DNA of 64,000 nucleotides from Octopus sinensis (Eukaryota): positions 53,940,001 through 54,004,000 of the forward strand of contig NC_043012.1 in NCBI RefSeq assembly GCF_006345805.1. The letters run 5' to 3'. A program made the position numbers and the translations under genes. Of this stretch, positions 40,272 to 52,303 are shown piece by piece. The notes under the pieces were generated by a model, which did not search any database, was not told where the DNA came from, and saw only the letters and a list, made by a program, of their open reading frames with translations. How positions within the stretch are numbered: position 1 is the stretch's first letter; every line of letters starts with the position of its first letter.

Positions 40272-41311
40272 CATACATACATACATACATACATACATAC
40301 ATACATCATCATATGGTGCTTCGAGAAAAGTTGACTGAGAAGGAGAGTGAGTGAGGGTATGAGAGAGACGGAGATAGAAAAGAAAAAAGTGACAAATTCT
40401 ATAACGTATATACTGCAACAATTTAATGCGTCTTCTCTATCGGAACATCTATACTGTTGTATAGAAGTAGGCGTTCTGGTATTGTTTGCTGCTGTTAAAG
40501 AATGAGCTCTCCTTCATCTCATCTCTAATCCTTGAAAGGAAGAACATCATCTAACCATCGCTGAGATGATTTCACAATACAAAAGAAAGATGCCTCAATT
40601 CAGCTACAGCACAATGGAAAACGTTCACTTTGAAAGTATGTTCTTGGATGTGATTGAATTATCTTAATTAACTTTATCACAGCTCACTATTTGCAACAAA
40701 GTATTTTATATCCGATTTGAATGAGAAAGTAATCAGAAAATTAAAGTTTGTATTTGAATAAGAAAGTTATAAGGAAATTAATGTGCGTGAGTGTATGTGA
40801 CTGTCTGTATATATTGGTTTTGAAAGTGCGGTAGGTAAACAATAGAATTTCTATAGCTTCGATTTATTAAGTCTGTCTGAATGTCAGATTGAAACGATGC
40901 GGACTTATTTGAATGAAAATGCCTGGTAGTTTCGTAAACAGTGGGATTACAGGTAAGTACAGAAGTACCTTACAAATGTAGAATGTAGGAAGTGATAAAT
41001 ATATTGACAGACACATACATATGTTCATACTTTGCACACAGCCACACACATGTATATATTTTTTTATATATATATATGTAAATGACAAAACCGAATATAT
41101 ACATATAGTGATACACTAGTTAGCAGGTTGAATTGCTAAACATGAGTTGTAAATTTGTTCCTGGTAACTGTATTTCAAATTCCAGCGGAATAAGTTTTGC
41201 TCTCCTTAACAGGTCGAGTACTGGTGACTGATTCCGCTTCTCGTATATATATATATATATATATGTATGTATGAGAGCGTTTGTGCACATGACACACATA
41301 CACACACATAC

Positions 41312-41574
41312 ATTGGCCCGATTTGCCGGTTTCTGTGGCATATGTGTTCTCCCAGCTGGACGGGACGCCAGTCCATCGCAGCGTTACTCAAGAAACAGGA
41401 AGAGAGAGTGAGAGAAGCAGGAAGAGAGAGTACAACAGGGGTCACCACCCACCCCTGCCGGAGACTCGTGGAGTTTTAGGTGTTTTCGCTCAATAAACAC
41501 ACACAACGCTCGGTCTGGGAATCGAAACTGCGATCCTACGACCGCGAGTACGCTGACCTAACCACTGGGCCATT

Positions 41575-41579
<5 letters not shown>
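41312..41579 (-). mobile_element. SINE family B
   Basis: Reverse complement of the family B head and body. Confidence 0.85.
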
Positions 41580-41606
<27 letters not shown>

Positions 41607-42769
41607 GCACATATATATATATAAAATCAGCGAATGGTTTGGAGAAAATCCAGGTTGCATATGTTTCATAGCTAGCAGAACTTCGGAAGTAGTAATTATC
41701 CAAACAAGGGCCCTCCTGCGAGTCAACATGGGAGCCCTTGACGACAATGTTAATTTCTCTTGAATAAGGTATTTTTGGCCCAACAAGTATATGCATTGAT
41801 ACATGCACACATGTCATATGTGTGTATTCTTCTGCACACGAATACATACACACACACACAGAGGCTTCCGTGCATTTTCCGTATATATGTAAGATAAACA
41901 AGAGACGAAGTTTAACAACTGAGCATATATTACGCAAGACACGTAGACATCTCGAGATATATCTATTTATCTACAAGTCATACCACGATTTCCTTTTTCA
42001 ATCAAATTTATGGCATCACTGAACGTTATTACAAGACACGTGCCGTTGTTTTGCTGCCATCTACAAAACAAGAGCATGAAACGAATCGAACTTCATTGAC
42101 AGTGTTCCTAGAATTTTTTTCAATGGAACAGGCGTTACTTCAAAAGAATTCAGTTGTGTATTGAATGAATGAAGCGTAAGAGGAAATGCGTTTGTTATAA
42201 GGAGATGCAAGATGAATAAATATGTTGTATGTTTTCATGAAACTGCTTAATGAATGATTATCTATAGTTTAAGAAATTTACAAACACACGCAATCGAATA
42301 CGCACGTCTCTTTGTTTGTGTAATTATGTGTGTGGGGGTGTTAAGGTTCTTAGAATTCACCCAATTCTGAGCGTAGGAACATCTATATATTATAGACACA
42401 GACGTGACTGTATGATTAAGAAGCTAGCTTTTCGAACCACATGATCCCAGGTTCAGTTCATCTTCTGCACCTTGAACAAGCAACTTCATAGACAGAAATT
42501 GTACGGAAGCCTGTAGTGTATGTAAATGTGTATGCAGGTGTGTGTGTGCTTGTGGTTGAGGTTGCCTCAGACCACCAACACCACTTGACAACCGATGTTG
42601 GTTTCCTTGCGTCCATGTCAGGCAGCGGTTCGTTAAAGGAAGCCGATAGAATATATAAGTCTCAAACTTAAACACTAAGTACTGGAGCCGATTTGCTCCA
42701 ATAAAACCTTTAAAGCAGTGCTCCAGCATGGCTACAGTCCAATGGCTGCAACAAGTAAAATATGAAAGA

Positions 42770-42927
42770 TCGCAGGAGTGACTGTATGGTAAGTAGCTTG
42801 CTTACCAACCACATGGTTCCGGGTTCAGTCCCACTGTGTGGCACCTTGGGCGTCTTCTACTACAGCCTCGGGCCGACCAAGGCTTTGTGAGTGGATTTGG
42901 TAGACGGAAACTGAAAGAAGCCCGTCG

Positions 42928-42960
<33 letters not shown>

Positions 42961-43172
42961 ATGTGTGTATATGTTTGTATATCTGTGTTTGCCCCACCAA
43001 CATCGCTTGACAACCGATGCTGGTGTGTTTACGTCCCCGTAATCTAGTGGTTCGGCAAAAGAGACCGATAGAATAAGTGCTAGGCTTACAAAGAATATGT
43101 CCTGGGTTCGAGTTGCTCGACTAAAGGCGGTACTCCAGCATGGCCACAGTCAGATGACTGAAAAGAGTAAAA
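42770..43172 (+). mobile_element. SINE family A (preceded by a diverged copy at ~42400-42770)
   Basis: Same head, core and tail. Confidence 0.88.
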
Positions 43173-43221
<49 letters not shown>

Positions 43222-43323
43222 TATATATACATATAATTAATAATATCAGGCAATAAAGATGTTAGAAAATTTTACTACCATTGGCCTAGCGTATAGAAGA
43301 ATTATATATTATTCATATAAATT

Positions 43324-43474
43324 ACAGTGTACATTTAAACACATTAAGAGGTTTCCATCAAAGGAATCCCTCACGCTAGAAAGAACAGCTAAAGGGGTTT
43401 GGACTTTAGCTGTTCTTTCTAGCGTAAGGGATTCCTATGATGGAAACCTCTTCATGTGTTTAAACGTACACTGT
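43324..43474. mobile_element. Palindromic (foldback) MITE, 71 bp arms with 9 nt loop
   Basis: Arm acagtgtacatttaaacac...cagctaaag matches the reverse complement of 43404-43474 with 4 mismatches. CAGTG terminus and TA-rich flanks. Confidence 0.85.
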
Positions 43475-44482
43475 TTAATATATATATATATATAACTCCC
43501 TAGAAAGAAAGGAAGGAAGGAAGAAAGAACGAAAGAAACGAAGGAAGTGTATGTACGGTAGTCTGATGTGTATGCATACATCTATGTATGCATGTTTATG
43601 TGTATACCTGTGTATGTGTGTATGCTTGTATGTATAAGTAAGATGTTTTTGTGAAGCAAAACAACATTCTTTACTTAGCTGTTGTAAAACAAGTGTTTGG
43701 CAGAGAATATTACTATGTCAACTTACAAGTGAAGTCTACAATTGGAATGTTAACAAATGTTACATACGTTTTATACTATGAATTCTTCAAGAGTACGTGT
43801 CATTCTTCAAGTTGCATAAATTCAATTTTTTGCGCGTAGAAGAAACTATAACACGTTAAAAGTCTGATATACGAGTAGATATTTTATGTAACTGATCCGT
43901 GAAAATGTCAGTTTTTATTTCCCTTTCGAGAGATACGAAGTTAGAAACTACATCTTTTATTGATATCTGGATGTGTATCAGTTGAGTGGTAAATATTTTT
44001 TAGATGAGTGATGTGTGTGTTTATGAGCGAAACACCTAAGCACCACGCCATTCCGGCAGGAAGTGATGGCGAACTTCTGTTGACTCTTTCGCCACAACTT
44101 TCTTCGTCTGTCTTTACGTTCTGAGTTCAAATTCCGCCGAGGTCGACTTTGCCTTTCATCCTTTCGGTGTCGATACATTAAGTACCAGTTGCGTACTAGA
44201 ATCTATCTAATCGACTTGCACTCTCACCCAAAATTTCGGGCCTTGTGCTTAGAGTAGAAAAGAATAAAATATTTTTAGATGTGAGATGAGGCTGGGCTGG
44301 CGGAAGTCTACAGTGCTTGTAACACGGAGAAGTAAGTTATAGCTTTGAAATTCAATACTTCACATACTTTACATCGACTATATCTAGAGATGTACGAGGA
44401 AAGGGATATATAAGTATATGTGTGTATGTTAACGTGTGTCTTTATATATATTTACACACACATACTCACAAATATATATATG

Positions 44483-47400
44483 TTTATATAAAATTAATTA
44501 AGGGTAGAAATTGATATTTATCAATTAAGACCAGTGGTCTAGCATATTAAAAAAGAATCCGAAGATTAAAATATTTATATATACCAATTAAGGACTGAAC
44601 ACGAAAAGTGGACAGTCAACATGCTAGATATAGACGTCAAATCGCCATTCACCACAAAAGATTATGTTCTCAGATCAAACTCAGCACAAAACCATAGCAA
44701 TAAACAAGTGAAAAATATACGAAATAAAATAATTACCCATGTACTAATTAGTTTCGGCTGTTATTTTCCGCAAGGAAAACTGCAGCCATCATCAGCATGG
44801 TCCGTTATAAATGCAATTTGCTGGACTAGATGCAAACACGATACCGAAATATCGCGTGCATGGAGTTCAGCCTATTACATTTGAATATACCTTTCAAATG
44901 CCTTTACTTTGGCGCGTTGAGGCCCGAGAAAACTAGCCTGCAGCATAATAATTAGCAGCAGTCAATTTATCGGTTAGAGAACATATTATTTATATAAAAT
45001 TAATTAAGGTAGAAATTGATATTTATCAATTAAGACCAGTGGTCTAGCATATTAAAAAAGAATCCGAAGATTAAAATATTTATATATACCAATTAAGGAC
45101 TGAACACGAAAAGTGGACAGTCAACATGCTAGATATAGACGTCAAATCGCCATTCACCACAAAAGATTATGTTCTCAGATCAAACTCAGCACACAACCAT
45201 AGCAATAAACAAGTGAAAAATATACGAAATAAAATAATTACCCATGTACTAATTAGTTTCGGCTGTTATTTTCCGCAAGGAAAACTGCAGCCATCATCAG
45301 CATGGTCCGTTATAAATGCAATTTGCTGGACTAGATGCAAACACGATACCGAAATATCGCGTGCATGGAGTTCAGCCTATTACATTTGAATATACCTTTC
45401 AAATGCCTTTACTTTGGCGCGTTGAGGCCCGAGAAAACTAGCCTGCAGCTAATAATTAGCAGCAGTCAATTTATCGTTAGAGAACATATATATTTATATA
45501 AAATTAATTAAGGGTAGAAATTGATATTTATCAATTAAGACCGTGGTCTAGCATATTAAAAAAGAATCCGAAGATTAAAATATTTATATATACCAATTAA
45601 GGACTGAACACGAAAAGTGGACAGTCAACATGCTAGATATAGACGTCAAATCGCCATTCACCACAAAAGATTATGTTCTCAGATCAAACTCAGCACAAAA
45701 CCATAGCAATAAACAAGTGAAAAATATACGAAATAAAATAATTACTCATGTACTAATTAGTTTCGGCTGTTATTTTCCGCAAGAAAACTGCAGCCATCAT
45801 CAGCATGGTCCGTTATAAATGCAATTGCTGGACTAGATGCAAACACGATACCGAAATATCGCGTGCATGGAGTTCAGCCTATTACATTTGAATACCTTTC
45901 ATGCCTTTACTTTGGCGCGTTGAGGCCCGAGAAAACTAGCCTGCAGCTAATAATTAGCAGCAGTCAATTTATCGGTTAGAGAACATATTTATTTATATAA
46001 AATTAAATAAGGTAGAATTGATATTTATCAATTAAGACCAGTGGTCTAGCATATTAAAAAAGAATCCGAAGATTAAAATATTATATATACCAATTAAGGA
46101 CTGAACACGAAAAGTGGACAGTCAACATGCTAGATATAGACGTCAAATCGCCATTCACCACAAAAGATTATGTTCTCAGATCAAACTCAGCACAAAACCA
46201 TAGCAATAAACAAGTGAAAAATATACGAATAAAATAATTACCCATGTACTAATTAGTTTCGGCTGTTATTTTCCGCAAGGAAAACTGCAGCCATCATCAG
46301 CATGGTCCGTTATAAATGCAATTTGCTGGACTAGATGCAAACACGATACCGAAATATCGCGTGCATGGAGTTCAGCCTATTACATTTGAATATACCTTTC
46401 AAATGCCTTTACTTGGCGCGTTGAGGCCCGAGAAAACTAGCCTGCAGCTAATAATTAGCAGCAGTCAATTTAATCGGTTAGAGAACATAGTTATTATATA
46501 AAATTAATTAAGGGTAGAAATTGATATTTATCAATTAAGACCAGTGGTCTAGCATATTAAAAAAGAATCCGAAGATTAAAATATTTATATATACCAATTA
46601 AGGACTGAACACGAAAAGTGGACAGTCAACATGCTAGATATAGACGTCAAATCGCCATTCACCACAAAAGATTATGTTCTCAGATCAAACTCAGCACAAA
46701 ACTATAGCAATAAACAAGTGAAAAATATACGAAATAAAATAATTACCCATGTACTAATTAGTTTCGGCTGTTATTTTCCGCAAGGAAAACTGCAGCCATC
46801 ATCAGCATGGTCCGTTATAAATGCAATTTGCTGGACTAGATGCAAACACGATACCGAAATGTCGCGTGCATGGAGTTCAGCCTATTACATTTGAATATAC
46901 CTTTCAAATGCCTTTACTTTGGCGCGTTGAGGCCCGAGAAAACTAGCCTGCAGCTAAGAATTAGCAGCAGCAGTCAATTTATCGGTTAGAGAACATAGTT
47001 ATTTATATAAAATTAATTAGGGTAGAAATTGATATTTATCAATTAAGACCAGTGGTCTAGCATATTAAAAAAGAATCCGAAGATTAAAATATTTATATAT
47101 ACCAATTAAGGACTGAACACGAAAAGTGGACAGTCAACATGCTAGATATAGACGTCAAATCGCCATTAACCACAAAAGATTATGTTCTCAGATCAAACTC
47201 AGCACAAAACCATAGCAATAAACAAGTGAAAAATATACGGAATAAAATAATTACCCATGTACTAATTAGTTTCGGCTGTTATTTTCCGCAAGGAAAACTG
47301 CAGCCATCATCAGCATGATCCGTTATAAATGCAATTTGCTGGACTAGATGCAAACACGATACCGAAATATCGCGTGCATGGAGTTCAGCCTATTACATTT

Positions 47401-48623
47401 GAATATACCTTTCAAATACCTTTACTTTGGCGCGTTGAGGCCCGAGAAAACTAGCCTGCAGCTAATAATTAGCAGCAGTCAATTTATCGGTTAGAGAACA
47501 TATTTATTTATATAAAATTAATTAAAGGTAGAAATTGATATTTATCAATTAAGACCAGTGGTCTAGCATATTAAAAAAGAATCCGAAGACTAAAATATTT
47601 ATATATACCAATTAAGGACTGAACACGAAAAGTGGACAGTCAACATGCTAGATATAGACGTCAAATCGCCATTAACCACAAAAGATTATGTTCTCAGATC
47701 AAACTCAGCACAAAACCATAGCAATAACAAGTGAAAAATATACGGAATAAAATAATTACCCATGTACTAATTAGTTTCGGCTGTTATTTTCCGCAAGGAA
47801 AACTGCAGCCATCATCAGCATGGTCCGTTATAAATGCAATTTGCTGGACTAGATGCAAACACGATACCGAAATATCGCGTGCATGGAGTTCAGCCTATTA
47901 CATTTGAATATACCTTTCAAATGCCTTTACTTTGGCGCGTTGAGGCCCGAGAAAACTAGCCTGCAGCTAATAATTAGCAGCAGTCAATTTATCGGTTAGA
48001 GAACATATTTATTATATAAAATTAATTAAAGGTAGAATTGATATTTATCAATTAAGACCAGTGGTCTAGCATATTAAAAAAGAATCCGAAGACTAAAATA
48101 TTTATATATACCAATTAAGGACTGAACACGAAAAGTGGACAGTCAACATGCTAGATATAGACGTCAAATCGCCATTCACCACAAAAGATTATGTTCTCAG
48201 ATCAAACTCAGCATAAAACCATAGCAATAAACAAGTGAAAAATATACGAAATAAAATAATTACCCATGAACTAATTAGTTTCGGCTGTTATTTTCCGCAA
48301 GGAAAACTGCAGCCATCATCAGCATGGTCCGTTATAAATGCAATTTGCTGGACTAGATGCAAACACGATACCGAAATATCGCGTGCATGGAGTTCAGCCT
48401 ATTACATTTGAATATACCTTTCAAATGCCTTACTTGGCGCGTTGAGGCCCGAGAAAACTAGCCTGCAGCTAATAATTAGCAGCAGTCAATTTATCGGTTA
48501 GAGAACATATTTATTTATATAAAATTAATTAAGGGTAGAAATTGATATTTATCAATTAAGACCAGTGGTCTAGCATATTAAAAAAGAATCAGAAGATTAA
48601 AATATTATTATACCAATTAAGGA
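44483..48623 (-). repeat. Tandem array of ~505 bp hammerhead-containing monomer, ~8.2 copies (ribozyme strand is minus)
   Basis: atgctagatatagacg recurs at 44621, 45126, 45630, 46127, 46631, 47139, 47645 and 48148 (spacing 497-508 bp). Copies are near-identical. Confidence 0.98.
44737..44800 (-). ncRNA. Type I hammerhead ribozyme, satellite copy 1. Further copies at 45242-45305, 45746-45808, 46242-46305, 46747-46810, 47255-47318, 47760-47823, 48264-48327
   Basis: Minus strand reads CCAUG-CUGAUGA-U-GGCUG-cag-UUUUCC-uugc-GGAAAA-uaa-CAGCC-GAAA-CUAAUUAG-UA-CAUGG. This gives stem I (5 bp), the full core, stem II, GAAA, a palindromic stem III and a GUA site. Predicted cut between 44742 and 44741. 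Confidence 0.92.
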
Positions 48624-48993
48624 GAACATAATCTTTTGTGGTGAATGGCGATTTGACGTCTATCTAGCATGTTGACTGTCCACTTTTCGTGTTCAGTCCT
48701 TAATTGGTATATATAAATATTTTAATCTTCGGATTCTTTTTTAATATGCTAGACCACTGGTCTTAATTGATAATATCAATTTCTACCCTTATTAATTTTA
48801 TATAATTAAATATGTTCTCTAACCGATAAATTGACTGCTGCTAATTATTAGCTGCAGGCTAGTTTTCTCGGGCCTCAACGCGCCAAAGTAAAGGCATTCG
48901 AAAGGTATATTCAATGTAATAGGCTGAACTCCATGCACGCGATATTTCGGTATCGTGTTTGCATCTAGTCCAGCAAATTGCATTTATAACGGA

Positions 48994-49057
48994 CCATGCT
49001 GATGATGGCTGCAGTTTTCCTTGCGGAAAATAACAGCCGAAACTAATTAGTACATGG
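48994..49057 (+). ncRNA. Type I hammerhead ribozyme, inverted satellite copy
   Basis: ccatg ctgatga t ggctg cagttttccttgcggaaaataa cagcc gaaa ctaattag ta catgg is read directly on the + strand. Confidence 0.92.
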
Positions 49058-49498
49058 GTAATTATTTTATTTCGTATATTTTTCACTTGTTTATTGCTAT
49101 GGTTTTGTGCTGAGTTTGATCTGAGAACATAATCTTTTGTGGTGAATGGCGATTTGACGTCTATATCTAGCATGTTGACTGTCCACTTTTCGTGTTCAGT
49201 CCTTAATTGGTATATATATATATTTTAATCTTCGGATTCTTTTTTAATATGCTAGACCACTGGTCTTAATTGATAATATCAATTTCTACCCTTAATTAAT
49301 TTTATATAAATAAATATGTTCTCTAACCGATAAATTGACTGCTGCTAATTATTAGCTGCAGGCTAGTTTTCTCGGGCCTCAACGCGCCAAAGTAAAGGCA
49401 TTTGAAAGGTATATTCAAATGTAATAGGCTGAACTCCATGCACGCGATATTTCGGTATCGTGTTTGCATCTAGTCCAGCAAATTGCATTTATAACGGA

Positions 49499-49562
49499 CC
49501 ATGCTGATGATGGCTGCAGTTTTCCTTGCGGAAAATAACAGCTGAAACTAATTAGTACATGG
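49499..49562 (+). ncRNA. Type I hammerhead ribozyme, inverted satellite copy
   Basis: Same motif. Stem II 3' strand is cagct (C>T, giving a G-U wobble). Confidence 0.88.
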
Positions 49563-49729
49563 GTAATTATTTTATTTCGTATATTTTTCACTTGTTTATT
49601 GCTATGGTTTTATGCTGAGTTTGATCTGAGAACATAATCTTTTGTGGTGAATGGCGATTTGACGTCTATATCTAGCATGTTGACTGTCCACTTTTCGTGT
49701 TCAGTCCTTAATTGGTATATGTTTATATA

Positions 49730-49806
49730 TATATATAGAGAGAGAGAGAGAGAAACACACACACACATATATATGTATATATAATATATATATGTATATA
49801 TATGTA

Positions 49807-49859
<53 letters not shown>

Positions 49860-49919
49860 ATACATATATATATATATATGTATGTGTATACATATATATA
49901 TATATATACATGTATGTGT

Positions 49920-49960
<41 letters not shown>
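49730..49960. repeat. Compound (TA)n/(GA)n/(CA)n microsatellite (representative of dozens in the window)
   Basis: Direct inspection. Confidence 0.95.
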
Positions 49961-49962
<2 letters not shown>

Positions 49963-50219
49963 GTCGTGCGTGCGCAGAGGTGGAGGTGAAGTATTAACCC
50001 ATCTGTAATTTAATTACTAACATATTACTTTTATATTCTACCTTTGGGAGTTGTGGTTTTTGTTATTGCTGTTGGTATGTATATGAGAGAAAGAATGTGT
50101 GTGTGTATACGTGTGTGAAAGAGAGAGAGAGAAACAAACAAAGAGTGACAGAGACAGAGAGCGAATGTGTATGGCGACTGATGAAGTAATCATTGAGTCA
50201 ACTTGATTGGAGGAATTGG

Positions 50220-50297
50220 TTTGAGCCAAATGGCCCTTGATTTGAGCCAAATGGCCCTTGATTTGAGCCAAATGGCCCTTGATTTAAGCCAAATGCC
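50220..50297. repeat. 21 bp minisatellite, ~3.7 copies
   Basis: ttgagccaaatggcccttgat repeated. Confidence 0.9.
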
Positions 50298-50349
50298 ATC
50301 AATTCTGCTGCTCGTCTTTCACCTCATCTCATCTTCGCTCATTTATTCC

Positions 50350-50660
50350 CAGGAAGGTCGTGGGGGCAGGATCCTCAAACACGCCTTCCATCGGGTCCTG
50401 TAAAAAGCAACCATCTCCCTGTTATCCGGCTGGATGCCCAAGCGAAACCGACCAAGCTCCTGGAGCTTATCCACCCATCTAGTTCGTGGTCTACCTCTGG
50501 TTCTCTGGCCGGTTGGTTTTTCCCGTAAATCCTGTCCGGCGATTCTTATAAATTCTGTCATTACCCAAGATTTATGACCATAGGTAACGGTAGGCACGAA
50601 TGCTGAATTGAACGTAGCGAGGTCGGATTTTCTACCTACATCCTTTCCTCCGATTAGAGA
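50350..50660 (-). mobile_element. RTE-type LINE 3' fragment
   Basis: FNSAFVPTVTYGHKSWVMTE..PTGQRTRGRPRTRWVD..LG..R..W...LR.LPPRP. Confidence 0.75.
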
Positions 50661-52245
50661 ATGCTGAAGCCGGCACATTACTACAACTCGTGTTTTTATC
50701 ATGTATCTTTTACTTGTTTCAGTCATTGGACTGCAGCCTTGCTGGAGCACGGCATTGAAGGATTTAGTCGGATATTTTAATCTAAATTACCGGACAGTCC
50801 TCATCTGTTTGATAAAGATTTCTCCTGTTAGCCGACAGAAAGATGCACTTAACAGTTTGGTGTTTACTTTATCAACCACAAACAGCTATTATTGTAATTA
50901 CTGTTAAGCCCTGTATCAGCCCTGATCAGCCTGACCAATAATCAAAGATGATCTAGTCTGTCTGCTCTTTCAGCTACTGTTTATCTAATACTTCATTATC
51001 TAATATAACCATTTTTTTTAAATGGCGGTGTGCAATTTAATGGAAATTTGGTTGATATATCTAGCTAGAAGTAGACACTCTACCCACGCATTAGAAGCAC
51101 CTTTGTTAGTTCGTCTTAGAGGAGCCGAAAGCTTGAAGGGTTCTGACAGCGAATATGAACTCAGAAATGAAAAAACCAAAATAAATGTAGTCGGGCATTT
51201 GTTTGGACGATTCCATGCCTGCTATTCCAAAGCTCTTTCTTTAGAAACAATATTGTGACAAACAGGATTAAACCTCATGCGATCTATCTATAGGCTATAG
51301 AGATTATTACCTTATGCAACCCAAATGATTGAGAAATGTGTTCGTAAGACGAAATATTTCTTTTACAATAGCCTTATATTTTTAATCTCCTTACTCTAAT
51401 CGTTTGTGGCGGCAACCTTGACTTCAACGTTGCATCGTCACCTCCAGTTAATCTAAAATCGTACCGTCAAATGTAGTTTCTGAATATAGCGCCAACCATA
51501 CTTTTATATTTCAATTTTTTATTCTTTAGCCAAGATTATCGGTCTTTACATTATCTTTCGTCAACAATCATCGGTTTCCTGACTTGGTAATCTTGAAGAT
51601 CTAATGCTTTTGAAACAACAATCTCTTATCTAATTATCTCTTGTTGGATTTTTACTTCTTTTTTCTCAGAACTCCAAAATCAGTTAACAAAATCGTTTTC
51701 CTTTGAGTCTTTTAATATAGAAATTGTAAATATGCGATAAAAGATGAATGTTTTTTTCTTAATTTTGTATTCATATCGTCAGGCGATTTGAGCTGATGGA
51801 TTAAATCGCCTGTTCATTTGTGAACGCATGAGAAGAAATACTTTTTTTTTAGAATTAGAGAAGGAGCTGATATGTTGGTGGTGATGTAATGTTGTTGTTG
51901 CTGTGATTGTTGTTGCGGTATTTTTGATAGTGATAGTGGTAGTGATGGTAGAGATGGTAGTGGTTGTGGACGTTGGCGTCGTCGTGATGTTAGTATTGAT
52001 GGTGGATGTGGTAGAGGAGATGGAGGCGGCGGTGGTGGTGAAAATGGTGGTGTGATAGTGATGTCGGCGATGATGATGGTGGCGGTGGTGGTGGTGGTGA
52101 TAACGACGGTGTAGTTATTGCTGAGTATACATATCTGTCTGTAGTTTTTAAGAACTCTCAACATTATAGTTTGCAGAGCACTTCAGTCTAGTCTGGTTGT
52201 TTAGTTTTTTTTTATATTTTTCTCATTTTTTATATTTCATTTTAC

Positions 52246-52303
<58 letters not shown>

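Larger units (their letters stand above)
48622..49720 (+). repeat. Inverted continuation of the same ~505 bp monomer, ~2.2 copies (ribozyme strand is plus)
   Basis: Reverse complement of the monomer begins at gagaacataatc (~48622) and ends at cttaattggtatat (~49720). Confidence 0.97.

Noticed and set aside
44605-44625. Second, opposite-polarity ribozyme in the satellite (gactgaacacgaaaagtggacagtc)
   Set aside because: It forms a hairpin, but CUGAACA lacks the invariant G8-A9, so there is no support for a viroid-like two-polarity design.
44621-49173. Repeated 87 aa [13 protein letters not shown]... in the satellite
   Set aside because: It has no recognisable motif, is broken by indels in several copies, and lies antisense to the ribozyme. 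It is best explained as a chance frame in the monomer.
51814-52164. 116 aa poly-Thr/Pro/Gln ORF
   Set aside because: Translation of (GGT/GAT/GTT)n simple repeats, with no splice or domain support.
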